Of a DNA stretch of 64,000 nucleotides, positions 20,497 to 28,563 are shown piece by piece. Below the pieces are notes generated by a model, which did no database searches, was not told the origin of the DNA, and was given only the letters and a program-made list of their open reading frames with translations. Position 1 is the first letter of the stretch. Every line of letters starts with the position of its first letter. Source of the stretch: Rickettsiaceae bacterium (lineage in GTDB: Bacteria > Pseudomonadota > Alphaproteobacteria > Rickettsiales > Rickettsiaceae). Location: the NCBI GenBank assembly GCA_033763595.1, contig JANRKH010000021.1, positions 886-64,885 on the forward strand. Direction: 5' to 3'. The translations under genes were made by a program, and so were the position numbers.

Positions 20497-21192
20497 ATGA
20501 AAATAGCAACTTCTGCAAGTAGCGCTTTAAAAGAAGTACTTAAGGATGGCATAACAATAATGGCAGGAGGCTTTGGCCTCTGTGGTATTCCAGAAAAATT
20601 AATCGAAGCTATTTTGGAATCAAAAGTCAAAAACCTAACCGTGATTAGCAATAATTGTGGGATTGATGATTTTGGGCTTGGGATTTTGCTAAAAACACGC
20701 CAAATCAAAAAGATGATCTCATCTTATGTTGGCGAAAATAAAACATTTGAGAGTCAGTATTTATCAGGCGAACTAGAACTAGAACTTACTCCACAAGGAA
20801 CGCTTGCTGAAAAAATTAGAGCAGGAGGAGCGGGGATTCCTGCATTTTATACAAAAACTGGGGTCGGTACAATTGTTGCAGAGGGAAAAGAAGTGCGCCA
20901 GTTCAATGGGCGGGACCATATACTCGAACATTCTTTGTTTGCAGACCTTGCAATCATCAAGGGCTATATAGCTGATAAATCTGGAAATATTGTATATAGA
21001 AAAACTGCGAGAAATTTTAATGCTATTATGGCTACAGCCGCTAAATTCACCGTTTGCGAGGTAGAAAAAATAGTGGAAAACGGAGAATTAGACCCTGATT
21101 CTATTCATACTCCTGGTATTTTTGTTGATAGAATAGTGCATGGTATTAATTATGTTAAGAAAATTGAAAAAATGACGGTTTCAGATGAATAA
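20497..21192 (+). CDS. scoA: succinyl-CoA:3-ketoacid CoA-transferase subunit A
   Basis: 231 aa with typical CoA-transferase family I alpha pattern (GGFGLCGIPE..., ISNN, GELELELTPQGTLAE). Confidence 0.9.
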   Translation: MKIATSASSALKEVLKDGITIMAGGFGLCGIPEKLIEAILESKVKNLTVISNNCGIDDFGLGILLKTRQIKKMISSYVGENKTFESQYLSGELELELTPQGTLAEKIRAGGAGIPAFYTKTGVGTIVAEGKEVRQFNGRDHILEHSLFADLAIIKGYIADKSGNIVYRKTARNFNAIMATAAKFTVCEVEKIVENGELDPDSIHTPGIFVDRIVHGINYVKKIEKMTVSDE

Positions 21193-21829
21193 GGGATGGA
21201 CGCAAGAAGAAATGTGCGAAATTGCAGCAAGAGAAGAGCTCAGAGACGGTATTTATGTTAATCTTGGTATTGGCATGCCTACCAATGTTGCAAATCATAT
21301 ACCAAATGGAATGAATGTAATTTTTCATAGTGAAAATGGCATGCTTGGCATGGGGCCATTTCCCAAAAAAGAAGAGGTGGATGCTGATCTTATCAATGCC
21401 GGAAAGCAGACTATTTCCGAACTAGATTATAGTAGTTATTTTGATAGTGCAACCTCTTTTGGCATGGTTAGGGGGGGTCATATAAAAGTATCAATACTAG
21501 GAGCATTCCAGGTAGCGCAAAATGGCGATTTAGCTAACTGGACTATTCCAGGTAAAATCGTTAAAGGTATGGGTGGAGCTATGGACCTAGTAGCGAATGT
21601 CCCTAGAGTTGTCATAATCATGGAACATAACGCAAAAGACGGTAGTGCAAAACTTGTAAAAAAATGTAACCTGCCATTAACTGGAACAAGAGTTGTAGAT
21701 AGGGTAATAACCGAGCTTGGAATTTTCGATTTTAAAGATGGAAGAATGTATCTTAAAGAAGCAGCTCCAGGAGTGTCTATTGACTATATTCTGTCAAAAA
21801 CAGATGCGGAGTTCGATCTTATGACCTGA
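21185..21829 (+). CDS. scoB: succinyl-CoA:3-ketoacid CoA-transferase subunit B
   Basis: Catalytic-Glu motif SENGMLG. 214 aa. Overlaps scoA by 8 nt. Confidence 0.9.
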   Translation: MNKGWTQEEMCEIAAREELRDGIYVNLGIGMPTNVANHIPNGMNVIFHSENGMLGMGPFPKKEEVDADLINAGKQTISELDYSSYFDSATSFGMVRGGHIKVSILGAFQVAQNGDLANWTIPGKIVKGMGGAMDLVANVPRVVIIMEHNAKDGSAKLVKKCNLPLTGTRVVDRVITELGIFDFKDGRMYLKEAAPGVSIDYILSKTDAEFDLMT

Positions 21830-21932
21830 ATTTTGGCTCATATATATCGAACTTATACAATTGATAAATTTGACTGGACAGGCTCATATTTATCTCTTAT
21901 AAAGAAGCTTTATTCAACTACAATTTATAACT

Positions 21933-22041
21933 TATACCAAATCCCAGATTAAATAATACTAGGAGCGAGGAGTGAAGCCTACTCTCGTGTTAGGTGAGCG
22001 ACGAGCTAGAAGAAAGTACTTAAAAATGGGATTTGGTATTA
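21933..22041 (+). repeat. palindromic repeat, family A
   Basis: Full-length copy about 110 nt upstream of tRNA-Phe. Confidence 0.9.
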
Positions 22042-22095
22042 AATATTATTTAGTTCTGTATTTGCTATTACAAAAATAGACCATTTAAAAAAGTA

Positions 22096-22128
22096 AAATG
22101 TGTAATGTGTAATGTGTAATATGCAATG
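22096..22128. repeat. short heptanucleotide tandem repeat (TAATGTG-like, 4-5 units, last units degenerate)
   Basis: AAATGTGTAATGTGTAATGTGTAATATGCAATGG immediately upstream of tRNA-Phe. Confidence 0.7.
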
Positions 22129-22151
22129 GTGCATGTTCTAGAATTCTTTTT

Positions 22152-22227
22152 GGCTCGGTAGCTCAGTTGGTAGAGCAAAGGACTGAAAATCCTTGTGTCG
22201 CCGGTTCGATCCCGGCCCAAGCCACCA
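22152..22227 (+). tRNA. tRNA-Phe (anticodon GAA), CCA encoded
   Basis: GGCTCGGTAGCTCAGTTGGTAGAGCAAAGGACTGAAAATCCTTGTGTCGCCGGTTCGATCCCGGCCCAAGCCACCA. Anticodon loop CTGAAAA, canonical D and T loops, one mismatch in the acceptor stem. Confidence 0.9.
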
Positions 22228-22375
22228 TCTTCATTTATATTATTTAAAACAAATATACCTATTGCAAAACCTGCCGCAAGAGCGAGTGATAAAAGCATAT
22301 AAAGCGGAAAGATCAGGGATGTATAAATGGCGCATGAGGAATATGCTTTCTTCTTCTATTGACAATACGATGTAA

Positions 22376-22484
22376 TACCAAATCTCTAGAATTAAATAAT
22401 ACTAGGAGCAAGTCACGAAGCCTACTCTCGTGTAAGCTTGAGCGACGAGCTAGAAGAAAGTACCTAAAAATGGGATTTGGTATA
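22376..22484 (+). repeat. palindromic repeat, family A
   Basis: Full-length copy about 150 nt downstream of tRNA-Phe. Confidence 0.9.
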
Positions 22485-22638
22485 ATCCCCTGAGATCAAG
22501 GCGCAGTTGTAATCCCCGTGAAAACTGGTATCGTCGTTGCAAGCTTAAGCGAAGCGATCCGGTTTTACATTTTCTTTTTAGTATTGACATTATTCGCAGT
22601 TTGTTGCTTAATTATTTCCGTAAATTTATAAAAATATC

Positions 22639-22998
22639 ATGTTTAGTTTTACTTCAAGCTACGCGACAAAACTCCTCGTAATATTTCTATTAATATGCTC
22701 TAATATTTTCATGACATTTGCATGGTACGGTCACTTAAAGTATAAATCATCCCCTCTATTCCTAACTATACTTGTTAGCTGGGGTATAGCCTTTTTTGAA
22801 TATTGCCTTCAAGTCCCCGCTAACAGACTTGGGTCTAATTATTTTTCAGCAGCTGAGTTAAAAACACTCCAGGAAATAATTACTTTGGTTGTTTTTGGAT
22901 TATTCTCAATCTTCTATCTAAATCAAAATTTAAACTGGAATCATTTTGCAGGATTTATATGTATAATACTTGCAGCATTTTTTGTGTTTTATAAATAA
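22639..22998 (+). CDS. small DMT-superfamily membrane protein (DUF486-like)
   Basis: 119 aa, four TM helices, motif FMTFAWYGHLK typical of the DUF486 family. Confidence 0.75.
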   Translation: MFSFTSSYATKLLVIFLLICSNIFMTFAWYGHLKYKSSPLFLTILVSWGIAFFEYCLQVPANRLGSNYFSAAELKTLQEIITLVVFGLFSIFYLNQNLNWNHFAGFICIILAAFFVFYK

Positions 22999-23146
22999 TA
23001 CCAAATCTCTATAGTCTTTTAGGTTGGATTAGATACTAGGCGCGAGGAGAGAAGCCTATGAGTATTAGGTGAGCGACGAGTCAACAACGTAGCTAATTCA
23101 ACATAAAAGACTATAAGTATTATTTAATTCTAGAGGTTTGGTGTTA
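22998..23146 (+). repeat. composite repeat: family-A termini split by a complete family-C element (23010..23115)
   Basis: ATACCAAATCTC | TATAGTCTTTTAGGTTGG...AAAAGACTATA | AGTATTATTTAATTCTAGAGGTTTGGTGTTA. The first base overlaps the stop codon of the preceding gene. Confidence 0.85.
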
Positions 23147-23224
23147 CTTGGATAAAATCTACTGAAATATACATGAAATTTTAGCGCTTTTGAAAAAAAA
23201 TACGATTCGAAAATACGCTTTGAA

Positions 23225-23325
23225 GATAGGCGCTAGACGCAACCCGCTCATAAACCATTGCGGCTGCTTACTTTCGGACCTGACCGGTTCCATGGACAGA
23301 TCGCCCACATCTAGCAACTGGGCAT
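23225..23325 (-). ncRNA. ffs: signal recognition particle RNA (4.5S RNA)
   Basis: The minus strand reads ...GGAACCGGTCAGGTCCGAAAGTAAGCAGCCGC..., matching the conserved SRP domain IV motif GGTCAGGTCCGGAAGGAAGCAGCC. Flanking arms GCTAGATGTGGGCG / CGGGTTGCGTCTAGC pair into the long helix. Ends are approximate. Confidence 0.75.
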
Positions 23326-23443
23326 AGTATAGATTTTTATAGGATTTGCAAGTGATAATCTAAACATGATAATCTAAAAAAAGTTTCTTCTGTTCATATA
23401 AGTAATTGATCAAACAATAAAAATTAAAGCCTTCTGTAATGTT

Positions 23444-24556
23444 CTACCCTTTCCCCCGGAAGGAGTTCTTCTGATTTTCTTTTTCTTTTTCTGTCCATGA
23501 ATTACCAGTGTTTGCGCTCGTATTTTGTAAACTTTGAGAGGTTTCAATCCGCTTAGAATTATTAAGTAGTTGACTATTTCCAATCTCTTGCTTAGGCGGT
23601 TGTACTCTTATTGGCCGCATGGCTTTCTCAGCTGCAGTTTGTGCTGAATAATAAATTTTTTTAGATTTAGCTATCTCTGGACTATCAAAACGATAGCCTA
23701 AGTAACCAGTAGAGCATAACGTACCAGCTACAATAGCAAAATAAAGTGGACTAGGAGCAAGGCCTATCAAAACAAGAGAAACAAAAAATGTTACTAAAAT
23801 TCCTCCAAACATTCCTCTTATGTCAGTTTTAATAGGCGTATCGTCTGTTGAAGACATCCTTGGGTCGTATAATTTTTGATATTTTTCAAAGAGACTGACT
23901 TCTGAAATTGAGGCACCAGATGATTCTTGTCCTGATATCCCCTGACCTTCTAGTAGCTGCTCTTCAGGCGCGCCAAGATTGGTAATTATATTACCAATCT
24001 CTTCATCGGTGAATAGCTTCTCAGTACTTCCTTGTGTTGTATTATTTAATTCTTCACCAGCATGTGTAGTTTGTTGTTTATTATATTCCTCTAATTCTTT
24101 CCTAATCAAACCTAAAAAATACTGTTGATTAAACCTTTCATTGATAAAATCAGCTACTGCTTGATGGCAAGTGTTTATTGCATTTATTTGTTCGCGGACC
24201 TTGTCTCGCTTATAAAACTGTTTGAGAAAAGGATCCTCTGTTGCCTGTAGACTAGCACTGCTTACTTTTAGAGGTTGGGAATTGTAACGCTCCCATGCGG
24301 ACAATGCTGCTGCATGGGTTTGCTTTGTCGGAAACTGGTTGTACAAGTATCGAGCTTGAAAGTAATCTTGTATTGTTTCGATATGACGAGATGGATCTGC
24401 TCCATAGACTTTGGCAAGAAGTTTCTCAAGGAAGTCTTTTTTGGAAAGATTGTAATCTTCGGTTTCAATAACGACTTGGGCATATAATGATTCCTTGAAT
24501 TCATTGTTGGCACCATTATTGGTGCTAGTATTACCAGAATCGTTATTTTTTGCCAC
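23444..24556 (-). CDS. hypothetical protein with one C-proximal paired hydrophobic hairpin
   Basis: 370-aa ORF. Asn-rich N-terminus, long soluble region, hairpin GGILVTFFVSLVLIGLAPSPLYFAIVAGTLCSTGYLGY, basic tail. I recognise no family. Confidence 0.7.
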   Translation of the reverse strand: MAKNNDSGNTSTNNGANNEFKESLYAQVVIETEDYNLSKKDFLEKLLAKVYGADPSRHIETIQDYFQARYLYNQFPTKQTHAAALSAWERYNSQPLKVSSASLQATEDPFLKQFYKRDKVREQINAINTCHQAVADFINERFNQQYFLGLIRKELEEYNKQQTTHAGEELNNTTQGSTEKLFTDEEIGNIITNLGAPEEQLLEGQGISGQESSGASISEVSLFEKYQKLYDPRMSSTDDTPIKTDIRGMFGGILVTFFVSLVLIGLAPSPLYFAIVAGTLCSTGYLGYRFDSPEIAKSKKIYYSAQTAAEKAMRPIRVQPPKQEIGNSQLLNNSKRIETSQSLQNTSANTGNSWTEKEKENQKNSFRGKG

Positions 24557-24831
24557 AATTATTGCTATATATGATTAACTATAATAATTTTAGCAATAAA
24601 TATTAAGTATTAGCAATAATAAACACATACTAAGTATTATTTGTAAAACATATGTTTTGTATTTACATCAGTTCACAGTGCAAGATCACTTTTTAATCTG
24701 CCAAAATTATCCTACGATTTGGCAATCTTATGTGTTTTTACGTAAATTTATATAGAAATATAGGCGCGGTATAGTTGTAGGCCTTGCCAAGTTTAATTGA
24801 GAGAGTATAATTTCGGTACATAATATATAAA

Positions 24832-24937
24832 TGCCAGATCCAAGAATTAAACAATGCTAGAAGCAAGTAACGAAGCCTACTATACACTCTTTAAGCTACG
24901 AGCTACGAAAATATACTTAAAAATAGGACTTGATATT
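24832..24937 (+). repeat. degenerate palindromic repeat, family A
   Basis: TGCCAGATCCAAGAATTAAACAATGCTAGAAGCAAGTAACGAAGCCTACT...ATACTTAAAAATAGGACTTGATAT. Clearly related but mutated at the termini. Confidence 0.7.
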
Positions 24938-25069
24938 ATATGATTGTACCACGGAAATGAAGCTTGATCAATTATGGAGATTGTGGTTGTAAGATTGTGG
25001 TTTTTTTGGGGGGTGATATTAATGAGAAGCTTTGCTTTACGTTCAGTATAAAGAAGTTTGTTCTTAAAC

Positions 25070-25175
25070 TATAGTCTTTTATGTTGAATTAGCTACGCTG
25101 TTGACTCGTCGCTCACCTAATACTCATAGGCTTCTCTCCTCGCGCCTAGTATCTAATCCAACCTAAAAGACTATA
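25070..25175 (-). repeat. palindromic repeat, family C (inverted relative to the other copies)
   Basis: TATAGTCTTTTATGTTGAATTAGCTACG...CCTAGTATCTAATCCAACCTAAAAGACTATA. Confidence 0.88.
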
Positions 25176-25194
25176 CATGCGAACGGTAAGTATT

Positions 25195-25305
25195 ATACCA
25201 AATCTCTAGAATTAAATAATATTAGGAGCAAGTCACGAAGCCTACTCTCGTGTAAGCCTTTAGCGACGAGCTAGAAGCAAGTACTTAAAAATGGGATTTG
25301 GCATT
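25195..25305 (+). repeat. palindromic repeat, family A
   Basis: Full-length copy. Confidence 0.9.
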
Positions 25306-25397
25306 AGATCACTCAGAGCATTATATATAGCATATGTGTAGAGCCTAGGAATTTTTAGAAAAAGAGTCAGCTACTTGAACTTAGGTAAACTATTGTA

Positions 25398-25504
25398 ATA
25401 CCAAATCCCAGATTAAATAATACTAGGAGCGAGGAGCGAAGCCTACTCTCGTGTTAGGTGAGCGAGGAGCGACGAAGTAGTACTTAAAAATGGGATTTGG
25501 TATA
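25398..25504 (+). repeat. palindromic repeat, family A
   Basis: Full-length copy. Confidence 0.9.
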
Positions 25505-25747
25505 AGATATCGCAATAGGCCCGAAAAGCAATCCATCAAGTCAAAATTACAGATCATAATAAGGTCATGCTGGGGGTTTATTGATTTAGTATTATTGCGA
25601 GGGGTCAAGTAACGAACAAAGAGATAAGCTGGCTTTAAAGAAACACATTATTTTTTTTAGAAGAAACTTCCAAAATTTTATTAGCAATTAGTGGATTGTT
25701 GGAATAATTGTTTTAATCAAGACCCCATTGAATAAATTTAGTAAATT

Positions 25748-26443
25748 ATGGTAAATCAACCATTAGAGCAAAAAAATAATAAGGAAACATCTTCGGTTTT
25801 TATCTCAAAGCAGGAAGTACGAGGGACATGGTATGACGACAGGTTGTCTAATGTTCTATTCCAAAGGAATATCTTAATTATAATCTCACTTCTTTGTCTT
25901 GTATGCTTATCTGTTGCGACTTATATAGTTGGACACGTAGCTACATCAAAATCTTTTGCCCCATTTGTTATAAGAATTGATGAAATAACTGGTAATACAC
26001 AAGTAGTGAATCCTTCTACATTAAAAATTATTGGAGGTAACGAAGCGATCGCTAGGTATTTTATAAAAAAATATATAGTAGCGAGAGAGTCCTATAATCC
26101 AGTTGATTTTAAATATAATCTTCAAACTGTTGTAAGGTTACTATCAACTCAGCGTGTATATAAGCAGTTTACTTCTTATATAAGGAATCCTGACAATGAC
26201 CCATCAGCTAGATATGGACAAAAGAATGTCACATACATAAAGGTCAAATCTATTTCTAAGCTAGAAAATAAATATTTCGTAAGGTTTGCTTTACATGAAG
26301 TGCAAGAGGATCAGAAAATATATGACAAAATCGCAACTTTATCTATAGACTATTTGCCCATGGAGCTTAGCGATCAAGACAAGGATGTTAATCCGATAGG
26401 TTTTCAAGTAACTGATTATAGGGTAGATGATGATATGGCTTAA
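25748..26443 (+). CDS. virB8: type IV secretion protein VirB8
   Basis: 231 aa. Short cytoplasmic N-terminus, single TM (ILIIISLLCLVCLSVATYIV), periplasmic NTF2-like domain with VirB8-like pattern (ARYFIKKYIVARESY). First gene of the virB8-B9-B10-B11-D4 block. Confidence 0.85.
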   Translation: MVNQPLEQKNNKETSSVFISKQEVRGTWYDDRLSNVLFQRNILIIISLLCLVCLSVATYIVGHVATSKSFAPFVIRIDEITGNTQVVNPSTLKIIGGNEAIARYFIKKYIVARESYNPVDFKYNLQTVVRLLSTQRVYKQFTSYIRNPDNDPSARYGQKNVTYIKVKSISKLENKYFVRFALHEVQEDQKIYDKIATLSIDYLPMELSDQDKDVNPIGFQVTDYRVDDDMA

Positions 26444-26606
26444 ACCGGCAGATCTTTTGCATAAACTAATTATTTTTACATTATGCCTCTTTCGTAACCT
26501 TAACTTAAGTGGCAATTTTCTCGTCAAAAATGCTTTTCGCTACTCTTTATATTTATTTATGTTCCGGTGCTCAGCTGCTTTTTTACTAAAGATTCCTAAA
26601 TCATTT

Positions 26607-27026
26607 ATGGGTTATCCAAGAGGTGTGGTATTAGCATTAGTGGTCATTAGCATGAACCATTCTGTTTATGGATTTGATAGTGATATTCCACTTACTAAAG
26701 ACACAAGAATAAAGTCTTACATATATAACCCAAGTGAAGTATATTTGTTGGTTTTGCACTTTGGCTATCAATCACATATAGAATTTGCTAAGGGAGAGCA
26801 AGTTGAAACTATATCAATGGGTGAAACTTATGCATGGAAAATTACCCCTTTGCATAATATTCTATTCATAAGGCCCCTTGAGAAAAACATTAAGACTAAT
26901 ATGACAATTATAACTAACAGAAGAACGTACCAGTTTGATCTTGTTGCAAAGGAGCTTGAAGAAGGCGAAGAAGAAGATTTAGTATATAAAATTAAGTTTA
27001 TATACCCAAAAAAATCAAAGAAATAA
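26607..27026 (+). CDS. virB9: VirB9-like protein, N-terminal domain only (short form)
   Basis: Signal peptide MGYPRGVVLALVVISMNHSVYG followed by the VirB9/TrbG N-domain pattern (YIYNPSEVY...IEFAKGE.VE.ISMGE..AWKI.P..N.LFIRP....KTNMTIITN.RTYQFDL). Only about 139 aa, with no C-terminal domain. Start chosen at the internal ATG. The ORF-track start 26427 adds an implausible 60-aa extension. Confidence 0.75.
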   Translation: MGYPRGVVLALVVISMNHSVYGFDSDIPLTKDTRIKSYIYNPSEVYLLVLHFGYQSHIEFAKGEQVETISMGETYAWKITPLHNILFIRPLEKNIKTNMTIITNRRTYQFDLVAKELEEGEEEDLVYKIKFIYPKKSKK

Positions 27027-27045
27027 CTCTTTAAGGAGGTATGAA

Positions 27046-28563
27046 ATGAAAGGGCAAAAAGAGTCAAAAGAAGTTCAAAAAACTGATATTCCGAAAGTGA
27101 ATGTTGAGCTTTCTAAAATAGCTTCTAACCCAAAACAAAAAAACTTGCTAATTTTGATTGCGGTGGTAATTGCGGGATATGCTACATATAGTTTTATGTT
27201 TGTTAAAAAAGAGCAAAAAATCGTCGAAGAGAAGATACCAGAGCCAAAAAAAGTCTATCAGCCAGCAAGGCAAGTTGATTATTCAAGCACACTTCAGCTC
27301 CCTGAGTTACCAGATGCTCCAAAACTTTCTGCTCCTAAAACTGTAGAAATTACTCAAAAAGATAGCGATGCGCATAAAGAGGACTCAGAACCTCTTGTGG
27401 TTATTAAGGAAGTAGAGCAAAAGCAAGATTCTACATTGCCTATTCCCCAGGCTGTTGATCCTAATGCAATAACGGCGGCAAAACTAGTACCAGCAGATCT
27501 GCCAGAACTCGCAACATCATCGTCTAAAAAAAATGATGATATAAGTGTCCTACCATCAAAAACCGTATCTGATGCAGCTAAAAAACGAAAGCAAGATAAG
27601 AGGAAGTCGTCTATAATACTTGTGTCGGGAGTGCAAAAACCAACAATAGAAGAAATTGATAAAAATTTATCATTTATTAAACGCCCTGCTTTAGAGAATG
27701 TTCTAACGAAGGGTAAAATCATTGACGCTGTTACTGAAAATGCCATAAGCTCAGATTTTCCCGCAGAAGTAAAGGCGGTCATAGTTAACGACGTGTATTC
27801 TGAGAGTGGTAAAACTATCTTAATACCTAAGGGTTCAAGGGTTTTCGGAATCGCAACCCCTGTGATTGATAGCGCAAAAGCAAGAATAAATATTAAGTGG
27901 GCAAGAATAGATTTACCAACTGGTTATATTTTAAACCTAATTGGCACCGGGATAGACGGACTTGGTAGAGGTGGAAATATGGCGAGACTAGACGCAAGAA
28001 TTAAAGAAAAGCTTGCGAATTCAGCTCTTAGCACTGGTCTTAATGTCGCGTTTGCCAGTATGCTTGATGAACTTGTAAAGCCTAAAGATACAGCCTCAGG
28101 TAGCACAAGTAGCACTGAATATACAAAACTCAAAGATTCAGTTCAGGCTGCGTACGATGATACAAATACTACAGATTCACAGAAGCTTGTAACAATGTGC
28201 GATGCGGCAAAAAATTCTATAAGTGATGCATCAAGCACAACATATTCATCTATCCAGTCATATTGTACCTCAATTTACTCTTATAATGTTTCTGATGCTC
28301 AGAGAAAAGATATTTTATATAATGAGCTTATCGGACTAACACAGACTTCCGAGGCTACTAATGCTTCTGGTGAAAAGTCCAAAGCTCAGTTAGCAACAGA
28401 GCAAGGCATGCAGGATTTCTCTGCTACAGTCAAGGAGATATTAGTCCAATCAACGCCAAAGCCAGCTGTGACTCTTGATCAAGGCTCACATGTAAGAATT
28501 TTTGTAGATAAAGATTATTCTTTTCCTAAATCAGCTATTTCAGGTTCGAGGTTGCTACAATGA
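27046..28563 (+). CDS. virB10: type IV secretion protein VirB10
   Basis: N-terminal TM (LLILIAVVIAGYATYSF), Pro/Lys-rich linker, C-terminal TrbI/VirB10 barrel motifs (GSRVFG...ARINIKWARIDLPTGY...GIDGLGRGG, final QGSHVRIFVDKDYSFP). Confidence 0.88.
   Translation: MKGQKESKEVQKTDIPKVNVELSKIASNPKQKNLLILIAVVIAGYATYSFMFVKKEQKIVEEKIPEPKKVYQPARQVDYSSTLQLPELPDAPKLSAPKTVEITQKDSDAHKEDSEPLVVIKEVEQKQDSTLPIPQAVDPNAITAAKLVPADLPELATSSSKKNDDISVLPSKTVSDAAKKRKQDKRKSSIILVSGVQKPTIEEIDKNLSFIKRPALENVLTKGKIIDAVTENAISSDFPAEVKAVIVNDVYSESGKTILIPKGSRVFGIATPVIDSAKARINIKWARIDLPTGYILNLIGTGIDGLGRGGNMARLDARIKEKLANSALSTGLNVAFASMLDELVKPKDTASGSTSSTEYTKLKDSVQAAYDDTNTTDSQKLVTMCDAAKNSISDASSTTYSSIQSYCTSIYSYNVSDAQRKDILYNELIGLTQTSEATNASGEKSKAQLATEQGMQDFSATVKEILVQSTPKPAVTLDQGSHVRIFVDKDYSFPKSAISGSRLLQ

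Noticed and set aside
11118-21192. Identical 8-nt overlaps ATGAATAA at the gmk/dapE (11118-11125) and scoA/scoB (21185-21192) junctions. ATGA overlaps also occur at pheS/pheT, virB10/virB11 and divK/pleD
   Set aside because: Short start/stop overlaps are common in compact AT-rich genomes. The identical octamer is most simply coincidence, since Asn and Lys codons follow ATG.
22068-22375. ORFs 22068..22298 (-) and 22193..22375 (+) from the six-frame track
   Set aside because: Both run through the tRNA-Phe gene and its flanking sequence. They have no start context and no protein-like composition.
25423-25608. 61-aa ORF on the minus strand
   Set aside because: It lies largely inside a family-A palindromic repeat and is an artefact of the repeat sequence.
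26427-26606. 60-aa N-terminal extension of the VirB9 ORF, overlapping the virB8 stop
   Set aside because: The extension is Phe/Leu/Cys-rich with no signal-peptide logic. The internal Met at 26607 gives a canonical signal peptide directly before the conserved VirB9 domain.
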